The position numbers and the translations under genes are program-made. A stretch of 64,000 nucleotides of DNA from Methanobacteriota archaeon (lineage in GTDB: Archaea > Thermoplasmatota > Poseidoniia > Poseidoniales > Poseidoniaceae), in NCBI GenBank assembly GCA_002718195.1, contig PBDU01000017.1, forward strand, positions 53,818-117,817, read 5' to 3'. Numbering within the stretch: the stretch's first letter is position 1; each line of letters opens with the position of its first letter. Of this stretch, positions 28,401-37,243 are shown one piece after another. A model generated the notes under the pieces. The model was given only the letters and a program-made list of their open reading frames with translations, was not told the origin of the DNA and did not search any database.

Positions 28401-29385
28401 AATGATAGGGCTTTCAGTAATTCTGTTGGCTGGCAGGATTGGATTAAGCCCAGTCTATATTGACGATCAACTAGATAGTATGTTTCTATTAGTGTGTTTA
28501 TCTGGATTAGCAGCTATAAACCTGATCGGTTTTTCAGATAAGAACCTCAGGTTATTGAGCTCATTAGAAGGTGTTGTTGGCTTGTATGCATTTGTGAGAA
28601 TAATCGGTTTATTTGCAGGAGGAGAAATGCCAATTCCATTCCGCATTAATCCCTTTGAAAATCCAATTTCATGGTCTGTTCCAATGCTAACCACTGAGAT
28701 ATTTCTCATAGGTGCTGCTGTTCTGTTTTGGAGTATTGAATCAAAGCATTTTGCTGAAGGGAGAGAAGATGTTAGGGGCGCAGGCGGCAGAATTGGTTGG
28801 TTTGCTCTGATTTTCATTCTCTCTTCTGGAATTGCCTCTTTGATTGCCTTAGTTTGCGTACTGAATACAGGAATAAAATGGAAACAACCAGCAGTTGTTT
28901 TGTCCACCTTTGTTTGTGTGCCCGCTTCGGTTTCACAACTACTATTCTGGCTGGAAGAATATATCCAATTCATAGAACCACTAGATAGATGGCATGTCTC
29001 AATTGCTTTCGGAGCAATATCTATGATGTCTCTTGTATATGTTATCAAAGAAAAGCTATCATTATGGCTTTCAACTTCAATTTGGGCAACTCACCTTCTG
29101 CTTGCATTTGCATCTTTCACTGGATTTGGATACAGTGGAGTTGTGGTGGCAATGTTGGTTTTGTCAGCATGCGCTTGGATACCCGGAGTTCTTACAATGC
29201 GCCGTGGTTGGAGATTGTTTGGAATGGTGGATTTGGTAATTGCATGGACAGTTATGGCTTCCGAATTGATGAATGGAGCCAGTTCAATTCAGGCATTGGT
29301 CATGTTGACAGCGACGATAGTTCTGCTCAGTGTGATTACTTACCTGACCCAATCACGAGAACAAGATATCATGGAATCATCATGA
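25471..29385 (+). CDS. giant polytopic integral membrane protein (1304 aa, roughly 30+ predicted helices), function unknown
   Basis: Continuous ORF with periodic hydrophobic 20-aa segments throughout, acidic N-terminal cytoplasmic region and one approximately 130-aa basic/polar central loop; no catalytic motif recognised. Confidence 0.6.
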   Translation: MSKDSSDNSDELIRKKNFGRATGIDLSAFNLNQDVVENKEPEPKQEIQEPEMDQAVGEVYEFFTEGKQVTEDNVEQFDSVTDFAVQGESRVSGGLLVMMILTYSIFATLIGTVVPQFIAAPTLVALIVSGLYLGERWIPNPNMRLLGVTWVIISMKIFYGLAIDAHHWGWLDGFGVDEDIVLGISLLAIVAVNVFIAQRHNEDAIAAQATLVLLAVGSAAGAIYGEMGVAVMICLGVILFHVLAFLRNSGNLASLGIATSYLWVGLHAISQNWKIAGIDFVPFEDDLLLFILMFFVTGINATVATRFSSERNWFSDGFEALGLGKPGLWSVSVGLGMIGAFLALTAFRDQTGYALAQLSLLGSAFSASYLVVRGVSWNKVIAFVGYPAPILLAILILMTGRDTELFGVLSGYDVYSVLTVVLTGFILLQNQTNVSDQVIWGVGVSAVLILTILIPAEDYSGARMLLYSQAVVWIGMGALALLRKSAGIAGFSVLGPWIWLLMVASGAEDRIISVEILPTNFPEYDMTAVIILMLVQQYTVNAKLGSTNLNLAAAVPGLSEFGARLRDSNFMNLWNIGFIVALISISAITQPEKVPAVGLIVALNLLVVAHAAMAYFQIHRGNPRTLLGIWGAFTIVISWVFGYSPFWTLGLFIAVLLLLLDSDRLLRTDIAKLDLEAKEAMPAKLLTMSMGLVAGYLIVLILEPPKQIYLTGYDLISDRALEAQYLGFISVGMLLLYLRRAAKLEKLLPPTISAVGMIICIALAGGVYDSQELQTLAAVVFVGSGLWLISQGEIRSSMRSLATINERLQRHQLMSEVNYMESTVDVRQDSNQPPKSQPVPETVLNASQIQTEEVFAAQPEPPGDFEVSTPSIQAFDVRSIELLEKQKKRAKRRSVESEYDLIVGDISYNPTIVILFLAVLQLFGILVAYSGTSTTFIPILVVGTISVMLIFVAKQRAKSFSLRLPDLLGLEAPIAASMIGLSVILLAGRIGLSPVYIDDQLDSMFLLVCLSGLAAINLIGFSDKNLRLLSSLEGVVGLYAFVRIIGLFAGGEMPIPFRINPFENPISWSVPMLTTEIFLIGAAVLFWSIESKHFAEGREDVRGAGGRIGWFALIFILSSGIASLIALVCVLNTGIKWKQPAVVLSTFVCVPASVSQLLFWLEEYIQFIEPLDRWHVSIAFGAISMMSLVYVIKEKLSLWLSTSIWATHLLLAFASFTGFGYSGVVVAMLVLSACAWIPGVLTMRRGWRLFGMVDLVIAWTVMASELMNGASSIQALVMLTATIVLLSVITYLTQSREQDIMESS

Positions 29386-31041
29386 CATTCTAAGTTCTAA
29401 TAACTTTGAAACTTCGTCGATTAAGGAATCGATAGCATCCTTGTTATGGTAAGAATCCATTCTAATTGAAATAGAGATTTTTTCTTGAGTTCCAGAATTT
29501 CTTATTCCAATCGAAATGTCTCTAGAGTCTATTTTTGCCTTTATCCTCATTAGGTTTTTTTCTCCTTCAACTCGATCTCTTGCCCAATTTTCGACACTGA
29601 AATTTTCCTCTAAATACTGCCTGAGCAGTACTTCAACTTCATCGCTTAACTCATTCAATCCATCCCACTTAGATCTTTCAACGCCATTCACTGATTTTCG
29701 ATTTTTATATCCTCTTTCAAGAACCGGGAATGTTGAGGGTTGAGCTAGCGCAGAAAGGTATGCAATCAGGCTCGCAACCCCATCGCCAACCAAACTGAAT
29801 GTGTTTTCTTGTGAAGGATGTGGACTTGGCAGAACCAAGTGTCCAGAATCCTCAACTCCTATCATCATTGGATAATCATCACTAGATATTAATCCACCAG
29901 CATTTTTCAGTCCTAAGGCAAAAGCCAGCCATCTGTCTCCTACAGCCGTTTCGTCGGCTAAATATGTACAATTCAATCTTTCAAGATCAGTCAAAAGCGA
30001 AAGTTCTGATTCTATACTTGCAGCAACATGTAGGTGATTGGTTTTGGTTGCCATAGATCTCAGGATTACATCTGCCATTTCATCCCCATCAACAACTTTG
30101 ACACCAACGTCAGTTGATTTCAGAAGCAAGCATCTATCCCCATCTCCATCCAAAGCAGCAGCTAATACAATTCCAGGCGGAGCCTTATCGAGTAGCCGAA
30201 CAAGCGAATGTTGCGAGTTTTCAACCTCTTCCCAAGTCCAAGAGTCATTAGGAGACAACTCCCCAGCCCCGCAATTTTCATTCATAGCATTCGCAAAAGT
30301 CGAAATTTCATGATTCCTAATTCCTCTTTTTTCGAGAAATTGCGAGAGCCAATAATGTGCAGAACCTTTTGAAGAATCCAAAAGCAGTGGGGCTGCTACC
30401 AACCCATCACCTTGTAGGTTTGAGATTATTGAGCCGTAATTGATTTCAAAACCAGTAAGTCGCTTATTCATCCACTCTCTATGTGTTTCAGTAGCCCAAG
30501 AGTGCTCAATATCATTTCCTGAATAGTCCGTGTCAGGAATCATCATTTCCTCTTTGTGAGTCGCATCGATAGATCTCTCTTCGTTTGCAAGACCAAATGC
30601 GGTTTGGGTTAGTGTTTCTTCAATCTCAGGAAATGTCTTGTAACCATTTTCATCAAAAATTTTCACACCAGAGTCAGAAACTGGATTATGTGATGCAGTT
30701 ATCATACATCCTGCAGCGCAACCGAGTTTGAGAGTCGAGTAGTGCAACAGAGGAGTAGCACATATACCGATATGAATTACTTTAATCCCAACGGATTTTA
30801 GCCCAAGGGTTAGATGACAAGCCAACGTTGCATTATTTGGGCGCTCGTCCCATCCAATCACTACGGTTTCAGAGGTTTTTGAAAATAAGTTGATGCAATG
30901 ACCAAGGCTTTCTCCAACCAAACGCATCAAACCAGGTGTGACTTTTCTGTCATTACTGAAAGCGTGTAGGCAATCTAAGTCTTCTAAACCTGAAATTTCC
31001 ACTAGTCCTCTTATTCCATCAGTTCCGAATAAGTTCTGCAT
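29380..31041 (-). CDS. glmM: phosphoglucosamine mutase / phosphomannomutase family (alpha-D-phosphohexomutase)
   Basis: N-term FGTDGIRG, active-site Ser CMITASHNP, metal-binding ALDGDGDR, sugar-binding GVEDSGH; approximately 100-aa C-terminal extension. Confidence 0.85.
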   Translation of the reverse strand: MQNLFGTDGIRGLVEISGLEDLDCLHAFSNDRKVTPGLMRLVGESLGHCINLFSKTSETVVIGWDERPNNATLACHLTLGLKSVGIKVIHIGICATPLLHYSTLKLGCAAGCMITASHNPVSDSGVKIFDENGYKTFPEIEETLTQTAFGLANEERSIDATHKEEMMIPDTDYSGNDIEHSWATETHREWMNKRLTGFEINYGSIISNLQGDGLVAAPLLLDSSKGSAHYWLSQFLEKRGIRNHEISTFANAMNENCGAGELSPNDSWTWEEVENSQHSLVRLLDKAPPGIVLAAALDGDGDRCLLLKSTDVGVKVVDGDEMADVILRSMATKTNHLHVAASIESELSLLTDLERLNCTYLADETAVGDRWLAFALGLKNAGGLISSDDYPMMIGVEDSGHLVLPSPHPSQENTFSLVGDGVASLIAYLSALAQPSTFPVLERGYKNRKSVNGVERSKWDGLNELSDEVEVLLRQYLEENFSVENWARDRVEGEKNLMRIKAKIDSRDISIGIRNSGTQEKISISIRMDSYHNKDAIDSLIDEVSKLLELRMS

Positions 31042-31051
31042 TCAAACGACC

Positions 31052-31741
31052 TCAAGGAATTCTAGATGATGGCCCGAAAATACCTGTTACTGTAGCATTT
31101 GGATGTACAAAACCATCGCGACCAATAACTACTCCAGGATTTGTTACACTATTGCATCCTAGTTGACAATTTTCACCAAGTATTGCTCCAAATTTACGTA
31201 ATCCAGTGCCGTGCCGATTTCCATCAATTCTTACATTGACCTCTTTCCCGTCATTTCTGAGGTTACTCAATTTCGTTCCCGCACCAAGATTTACTCCAGT
31301 GCCGAGAATAGAGTCTCCAACATAATTGAAATGAGGTGCTTTTGCGCCGGGAAGCAATATGCTGTGCTTAATTTCTGTGCAGTGTCCAACTATGGAATCA
31401 TTACAAATCCAAGAGTATTCTCTAACAAACGCGCCATGCCTAATTTCTGCTCCATCACCTATGAAGCATGGACCTATTATATGCACTGAGGGACCTATTT
31501 TTGCTGTCCTTGAAATGTAGATTGGTCCCTTTGAGTCATCATAAGTGCAATCAAGGTCTTCGATAGCGACTCCTTCTGTAGATTGGGAGATAACATCCAG
31601 CAATTGACCTTTTAATCCAGATTTAGAATTAGGATCTAGAATTGCCCATGCTGGAGAATTTTCAGGAAATACCGGCAAAGCATAACCTTCACCAAGCGAT
31701 GGAAAAAGCTCCTTCGAGTAGGTAGAACTAGGCCACTGCAT
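31052..31741 (-). CDS. left-handed beta-helix (hexapeptide-repeat) acyltransferase, GlmU C-terminal-domain-like
   Basis: Hexapeptide periodicity IGPCFIGDGAEIRHGAFV...VGDSILGTGVNLGAGTKLSNL; immediately upstream of and co-oriented with glmM-like gene. Confidence 0.65.
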   Translation of the reverse strand: MQWPSSTYSKELFPSLGEGYALPVFPENSPAWAILDPNSKSGLKGQLLDVISQSTEGVAIEDLDCTYDDSKGPIYISRTAKIGPSVHIIGPCFIGDGAEIRHGAFVREYSWICNDSIVGHCTEIKHSILLPGAKAPHFNYVGDSILGTGVNLGAGTKLSNLRNDGKEVNVRIDGNRHGTGLRKFGAILGENCQLGCNSVTNPGVVIGRDGFVHPNATVTGIFGPSSRIP

Positions 31742-31785
31742 GAATCAGGCGAGAATGACAATTTTCATGAAACTATTCATCACAT

Positions 31786-32037
31786 TCATGCCGCAATACT
31801 GTAAATTCTCTTTCCAGTGGTGTTATCCAACCTGTAAGAAACACGATCAGCCAGATATCTAGGTATGAAAAATCCAACTTTTCTAGTTGTAAGTCCATGG
31901 TTTCTCATCTTTCTTTCATTGCTAAGATAATTCACGATATCCGCAGCACTACACGAAGGTTGTGAAGCTACGTATTCCTCAATTTCTTTCATCAGTCTCT
32001 CAAGTCTTGCTTGCTTCTGACTTCCTCTTCCGTTCAT
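31786..32037 (-). CDS. small hypothetical protein, possible winged-helix DNA-binding
   Basis: 83-aa ORF; AADIVNYLSNERKMRNHGLTTRKVGFFIPRYL helix-wing-like pattern; weak. Confidence 0.3.
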   Translation of the reverse strand: MNGRGSQKQARLERLMKEIEEYVASQPSCSAADIVNYLSNERKMRNHGLTTRKVGFFIPRYLADRVSYRLDNTTGKRIYSIAA

Positions 32038-32097
32038 GAATATACATTGGTTGTTGGAGAATATTAACTCTTCATGGGATGTCTCGGGGAGCCCACA

Positions 32098-32904
32098 TTA
32101 ATTCACATCTAGGACCTCATCAAAAACAAAGGATGAACCTCTCCGGAATAGGTCCTGATGAAAATTTCTCTGATTGATGTGTTGGACTCTTGCAAGTTTT
32201 CCTCTGTTGTTGTAGGAACCTCTTCTTGTGTGCAGTGGGACGAAAACATCATTCAAATCAAGAATACTGCCCTCAATTTCTGTTAATTCATTTGCTACGG
32301 TTTCTTTTTCACCATCATAAGTGACGGCAGAGGAGGAAATTTCTGGGATTTCGGCTTCGTGTAAACGTATGACTCCCTCGCCAATTTTTGCAGGTTTCCA
32401 AGAACCTTTCATTCCGTTATCCAACCATTCAAACATTTTTTTCATTTGTGGCTTTGTAGCAAAGCCAAGGTATGTGCTTTCTCTCCAATTTTCAGATCGT
32501 GCTAGTGTGACATGATGCACACCTGGATTAGAATGTCTAGAATCTAAGCCATCAGACCAAACCCTACACAATCCATCAATTACTACTCTAAAAATCGGCA
32601 TAGATCCAATTCTAAGGTTTGACAAAGCCCAAGGATTTGCAAGTTCTCCTAGTAACAGAATTGGAAATCTATCCTTCATGCCAAGCTCATTTTTCTCTTC
32701 AAGCATTGAATCAACTGATTTCTCACCAACAATAAATTGGGAAATTTTATGTCTTAAATCATCTAAACTTTGAGGGCCATTTTCCCAAATTTGTATGTTC
32801 ATATTCTGTATTTTTGAATCCGAGTAAAAGTAGGAAGAATCTGTCAAGGGGAGAGGGGATGTATTAGGATTGTATAGCCAAAGTCGTGGAGAAACTTCAT
32901 CCAT
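32098..32904 (-). CDS. hypothetical protein (268 aa)
   Basis: Clean ORF, soluble, no motif recognised. Confidence 0.4.
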   Translation of the reverse strand: MDEVSPRLWLYNPNTSPLPLTDSSYFYSDSKIQNMNIQIWENGPQSLDDLRHKISQFIVGEKSVDSMLEEKNELGMKDRFPILLLGELANPWALSNLRIGSMPIFRVVIDGLCRVWSDGLDSRHSNPGVHHVTLARSENWRESTYLGFATKPQMKKMFEWLDNGMKGSWKPAKIGEGVIRLHEAEIPEISSSAVTYDGEKETVANELTEIEGSILDLNDVFVPLHTRRGSYNNRGKLARVQHINQRNFHQDLFRRGSSFVFDEVLDVN

Positions 32905-32943
32905 AGCAATTCCAATCGATGGTTGAACATAATATGCTCGGAT

Positions 32944-33351
32944 TTAGTTATTGAAAATCGATTCACTACCACAAGCGGGGCAGGTTATCTTGATGGGTCG
33001 AATTGATGGAATTCCAAGAGGTGCGCTACAAGTAGGACAAAGAATTGCTTCCGTGACTTGTTGCCTATTTTGCACAGCGTCTTGAGATGGGTTGTAATCA
33101 AACCTCATTCCCGATTTGTCAATTCTTTGTGGAGTATTTGCTACTGTTCCAAAATTTGAATATTCCTTTTCTGATGATTGAATTGTATCTAAGGGTGAAT
33201 TTTGTCCTGCAAGATTCGGTAGCATTGCCTCAATTTGCTGCGTAGAAATACCATATATCCTAGATGCAGTATCAATCTCTAATACTCTGTCGTAGCCGGA
33301 CAATTTTGCAATCCTGGCTAACTCTTCCCTTGGGATTTCTGCCATAATCAA
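32944..33351 (-). CDS. small HTH plus C-terminal zinc-ribbon protein
   Basis: N-terminal REELARIAKLSGYDRVLEIDTASRIYGISTQQIEAML HTH-like; C-terminal CPTC-x17-CPAC. Confidence 0.4.
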   Translation of the reverse strand: MIMAEIPREELARIAKLSGYDRVLEIDTASRIYGISTQQIEAMLPNLAGQNSPLDTIQSSEKEYSNFGTVANTPQRIDKSGMRFDYNPSQDAVQNRQQVTEAILCPTCSAPLGIPSIRPIKITCPACGSESIFNN

Positions 33352-33485
33352 TGATGAAGGCAGGTAGTTTTCAGTTTTCCTTTTTGATGATCTGATTTTG
33401 ATTTAATTTCATATTCAAATAACCACATCGATTCGAAACCCTTGAAAAAGAGGCGCGATGGGGCGGGATTGAAGGGAGTGGAGTT

Positions 33486-33956
33486 ATGGCTAGGACTAAG
33501 AGGCGTTTTTCTTCTAAACAAACTAAATCCAAAACTGGGGATTTAGATGTTAGGTCGCTTACCTGCAAGGCTACAATGAGCGAAGCAAATTTAGTATTCG
33601 AAAATAAATCAATGGCTGATGTGTTACATCTCCTGACCACAAAGAACCTAGATCACGTTATCGTCATTAACAAGGATTATGTTCCTCTGGGAAGGCTTCA
33701 TGCAGTAGATGTTCTAAAACTGATTTCCAAGAAAACCGTCAACAGGTCAATTGCATGGATGCATGGGGTTCCTGCTGGACAAATCCTGACAAATCCACCA
33801 CTTACTGTCAAAGAAACAACTCCTTTGTTGAAGGCAGCTGTATTGATGTTGACACATGACTTGAATCAATTACCAGTAGTAGACGAAGACGGAGCCCTTG
33901 TAGGCGTAGTTGGATACAAGACCATCGCAAGGCACATTCCAAAATTCATTTTGTGA
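33486..33956 (+). CDS. CBS-domain pair protein
   Basis: Two CBS-like units (LDHVIVINKDYVPLGRLHAVDVL; LPVVDEDGALVGVVGYKTIARHI); true start probably at MSEANLVF (about 33576). Confidence 0.7.
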   Translation: MARTKRRFSSKQTKSKTGDLDVRSLTCKATMSEANLVFENKSMADVLHLLTTKNLDHVIVINKDYVPLGRLHAVDVLKLISKKTVNRSIAWMHGVPAGQILTNPPLTVKETTPLLKAAVLMLTHDLNQLPVVDEDGALVGVVGYKTIARHIPKFIL

Positions 33957-33960
33957 TTGC

Positions 33961-35079
33961 TCAAATACCCCAATATCTTTCGGTTTGAGTCTGTCTTTCC
34001 TTTAAGGAATTCTTCAACAAAATTGCCCCCCACAGTACAATGAACCAGATTACAGGAGCCGCAATTTCATTCAAGATAGCGGCTGGACTGAATGTGAAAC
34101 TACCTTCAACAACTGTTCTTGATATGTCTAAGGAGGTGTCAAAGAACGAGTATATCAGCATACCAAAGATAGAGAGAATTACAACACGCCCTGAAAACGC
34201 ACCTCTCTTGATTCTAAGCAGAGTAAAGCCGATAGTTGTGGATAAGAAAGCAATAACTATCCACATTAGAGATGCTTGGAATGTATCGATATAGACAATA
34301 GAATTATCTAAATTTAAGGCAATATCATTGGAGTAGGTTCTCCATCCTTCAGCGACTGCGAAAAATACACTGAATACAGAAACCCCCCAGAAAATCGATG
34401 AAATCATCGCCGCATCGGTGTTGTCTCTCATCTCTCCAATAACTTTCTGAACGCTGGATTCCACACCTGCTCCCTTAGCGAGTAAGAAAAGCCCTGTTAG
34501 CAAGGGTAGTGCTCCGATAACAATTCCACCGATTTCATTTGGAAGCATGATCCCAAGGCCGAGTATTGCAATAATCAGGCCGAATGGAATCATTACCTTG
34601 GATCTCCATTTTTCGTCTTCAAGAGCCTTTACAATGTAGTAATAGGTACCCTCAATTCCCTTTGATTGTTTTACGATGATTTTTTCGATGTGAGAAATTC
34701 TTACCTGCGATTGAATTATCGGCAGAACCGACTCATCCTCAGCCCCATCAGTGACTAAAATCGCTTGGTCTGGTTGGAAATTTCCAACAACTTCCTCGAG
34801 TTGGGCAGCGACAGCTCTGTCGGACCTCATTCCAACATTTTGATCTCCGGTTAAAATCGCAACTTCAACCAAGTCATCTTTTTCCTTCGACTCGTTAATT
34901 GCATCGTGCTGTGAAAGAGCACCGAGTATTGCATTTGTATCCGATTCTTCAGGGTCAGCCATTCCGAGTTTTAGGGCTGCTGCAAGAACATCTCTTCTTC
35001 CTACAACCGGCCCACGAATTGATGTTTTTACTCCGAGATCGTTGTCTCTGTCAACTGTTAGAACCAAAGTTCTGGTCAT
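33961..35079 (-). CDS. archaeal membrane protein, DUF373-like (cytoplasmic N-terminal domain plus C-terminal multi-TM)
   Basis: N-term LVLTVDRDNDLGVKTSIRGPVVGRRDVLAAALKLGMADPEESDTNAILGA resembles DUF373 signature; 6-7 hydrophobic helices in C-terminal half. Confidence 0.5.
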   Translation of the reverse strand: MTRTLVLTVDRDNDLGVKTSIRGPVVGRRDVLAAALKLGMADPEESDTNAILGALSQHDAINESKEKDDLVEVAILTGDQNVGMRSDRAVAAQLEEVVGNFQPDQAILVTDGAEDESVLPIIQSQVRISHIEKIIVKQSKGIEGTYYYIVKALEDEKWRSKVMIPFGLIIAILGLGIMLPNEIGGIVIGALPLLTGLFLLAKGAGVESSVQKVIGEMRDNTDAAMISSIFWGVSVFSVFFAVAEGWRTYSNDIALNLDNSIVYIDTFQASLMWIVIAFLSTTIGFTLLRIKRGAFSGRVVILSIFGMLIYSFFDTSLDISRTVVEGSFTFSPAAILNEIAAPVIWFIVLWGAILLKNSLKERQTQTERYWGI

Positions 35080-35142
35080 TCCTCATCCCCCCCTAGGACA
35101 TCCTAAGCAATACTAAGTGGAACTACTGATATAAAAATCCCA

Positions 35143-36399
35143 TTAATCATCTTGACTTTCACCATCACCGCTATCGCTGGTGGTTTTTTGCTCGACCTTT
35201 TGTCTCATTGAATTGCTTCTTTGTTTTGCTCGAATGTATTTCAGAGGATGATTCATCCATTCAATATCACAAATTCTATCGTCGCCAGGAAGAACTGGAC
35301 AATTGTGATTCACCTTTAGTTTTCCACATCCAGAAGGAGTATATTCTCTATCGTAAATGTGAGCTACTTGGTATGCAGTCGTCTGTTCGGAAAAGTCAGG
35401 AGCCCCTCTAAAGAAATCCACACATGCCTCCTGAGGGAGGGCTAATGTAGAAGCCATTGAAGCCATGAAAACCCTTCCGAAGTGGTTGACGTTGACTCCC
35501 TGGGTGAGTTGAGCCACAATATTCTTCATGCAGGGAGGCCATTCTTCTTGGCTTGCTCCAACCAACTCAATTGCATCCTTCTGTATCTTTGACATTTGAC
35601 TTCTCAGCATTCCTACTGGCTCAGCTAATCTTATGGCCAATTCCGTGGTTACATCATTAACCCTCGAAAGCGCATCCCTTTCGATTTCTTGCTTGAATCT
35701 CTCACGCATTAATCTTGCAAGTTTTTTCGAAGAGTTATACTCGCTTTCATGATGAAGTTTAATCCACCCATCCTTGATATCAGTATTAGGTAATCTCCAC
35801 CTGTGCCCAGTTATCTTTGGACAGACTTCAATATAGTCTGACAATCCTATATTCCATGTTTTACCTTGTTCAACTTGGTTCAAATTCATCATTAGCGAAC
35901 CGGTGCTTTTCATCGAGGAAAAACCGTGCTTTACTGAACCGGAGTTAACTGAATCCTCGCTCTTTATTTTTGTAAAATAACTCCTTGCGATCAAATCAAG
36001 ATGCTGTTCATCAAAAGCTACTCCTTTATGGCTAACCAACATTCTTTCTGCCCTTTCGGCCTCGGTTTGAGCCCATCTTGCAATCAATTTTTCATCCTCT
36101 GAAGCACAAATCACAAGCCGAGCATAATAGAAAGCGAAAGCCTCGATTATTTGACCATCCTCTGTCCAAACATCGTTATTTGATTGTGAAGATTTGTCTT
36201 TTTCAAGGCTTTCTAGAAGTCGTTGCCTTGCCCTTAATCGTGCCTTTTCCATACTCGGACCCTCGAGTAATGTATCCAAATCGATTCCATGTTTATTAGC
36301 GAGCCCAGCAATCCAAGGGCTCGCCTGGGGTAGGAAGGGAAACCTCGCAAGCAAGCGCCCTTCGGCAATTGCAGGTTTCGAATCCGGTATAGGCATCAA
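35143..36399 (-). CDS. priL: DNA primase large subunit PriL
   Basis: C-terminal Fe-S domain motifs EEWPPCMKNIVAQL, NHFGRVFMASMASTLAL, QTTAYQVAHIYDREYTPSGC, NCPVLPGDDRIC, HPLKYIRAK match archaeal/eukaryal primase large subunit. Confidence 0.75.
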   Translation of the reverse strand: MMPIPDSKPAIAEGRLLARFPFLPQASPWIAGLANKHGIDLDTLLEGPSMEKARLRARQRLLESLEKDKSSQSNNDVWTEDGQIIEAFAFYYARLVICASEDEKLIARWAQTEAERAERMLVSHKGVAFDEQHLDLIARSYFTKIKSEDSVNSGSVKHGFSSMKSTGSLMMNLNQVEQGKTWNIGLSDYIEVCPKITGHRWRLPNTDIKDGWIKLHHESEYNSSKKLARLMRERFKQEIERDALSRVNDVTTELAIRLAEPVGMLRSQMSKIQKDAIELVGASQEEWPPCMKNIVAQLTQGVNVNHFGRVFMASMASTLALPQEACVDFFRGAPDFSEQTTAYQVAHIYDREYTPSGCGKLKVNHNCPVLPGDDRICDIEWMNHPLKYIRAKQRSNSMRQKVEQKTTSDSGDGESQDD

Positions 36400-36480
36400 G
36401 CCCGCTACTATGTCGAGTAATTATAGATGTTTGATAGAATTCTGGCAACCAATTGAAGAACATCTCGTCGTGGGCACCAT

Positions 36481-37212
36481 ATGCTCAAACCAGCACATAC
36501 ATCCTTGCTGGAAGTTCAAAACCGCGTTAGGGAAGATTTTGCCTGGTCTGAAAAAGAAGATTTAGAATCCGCTACTAGTCTAGAGTCAGAATTTAGCAAA
36601 CCCAGCCCGTTCGGCGTCCAGAAATGGAATGATTCAAATTTTTTTACAAACATAATGTTGTTGAAAGATAAATTAATTCAAACCGAAAAAGTGATTCTTG
36701 TTGGGGCAGCGGCTACTGCGCAAGAAGTATCAAACGCGATTAGTCAAGATTGCGTGGTCCTAGCGGCAGACGGTGCCGTAGGCGCTGTTCAAGATTTTAG
36801 CAAACTTGGTGCCATTGTATCAGATTTTGATGGTGAGGAGCACCTAGATTATGCAGCCTCATTAGGGCATCTCATAATCGGTCATGCTCATGGAGACAAT
36901 CTTTCCCTCTGGAGACAGAAGTTACAAACGTGGTCTAAGTTTGAGAAACCACCCGAACTAATACTCACGCATCAAACAAATTCTGAATTTGATTTCATCG
37001 TAAACCCAGGAGGATTCACAGATGGAGATCGTGCTCTTGCATTCGTTTTATCCCTCGGAATTTCAAAACAAAAACTTGAATTTATCGGGTACAGCATGAC
37101 TCCATCTTCGAACTGGTCAAGTATGAAAAATCCATCACGGAAAGCAAAAAAACTCACTTGGATGAAAGAAGTTTTCAGATTATGCGGGCTTGAAAATGAA
37201 ATAGATGTATGA
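36481..37212 (+). CDS. MptE-like 6-hydroxymethyl-7,8-dihydropterin pyrophosphokinase (DUF115) candidate
   Basis: VILVGAAATAQEV...VVLAADGAVGAV...GAIVSDFDGEE matches DUF115/MptE pattern (ADGA ... DxDG). Confidence 0.5.
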   Translation: MLKPAHTSLLEVQNRVREDFAWSEKEDLESATSLESEFSKPSPFGVQKWNDSNFFTNIMLLKDKLIQTEKVILVGAAATAQEVSNAISQDCVVLAADGAVGAVQDFSKLGAIVSDFDGEEHLDYAASLGHLIIGHAHGDNLSLWRQKLQTWSKFEKPPELILTHQTNSEFDFIVNPGGFTDGDRALAFVLSLGISKQKLEFIGYSMTPSSNWSSMKNPSRKAKKLTWMKEVFRLCGLENEIDV

Positions 37213-37243
37213 AATTTTATAACATTACATTAAACACGGAGGG

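Noticed and set aside
28989-29393. 134-aa Cys/Trp-rich ORF overlapping the 3' end of the giant membrane protein gene
   Set aside because: It is in an alternative frame of a continuous long ORF whose hydrophobic periodicity continues through this region.
33400-33485. tRNA-like T-loop sequence (complement of atcgattcgaaaccc gives ggtttcgaatcgat) in the intergenic region upstream of the CBS gene
   Set aside because: No complementary acceptor or anticodon stems can be drawn around it. An isolated TTCGAA motif alone is insufficient to call a tRNA.
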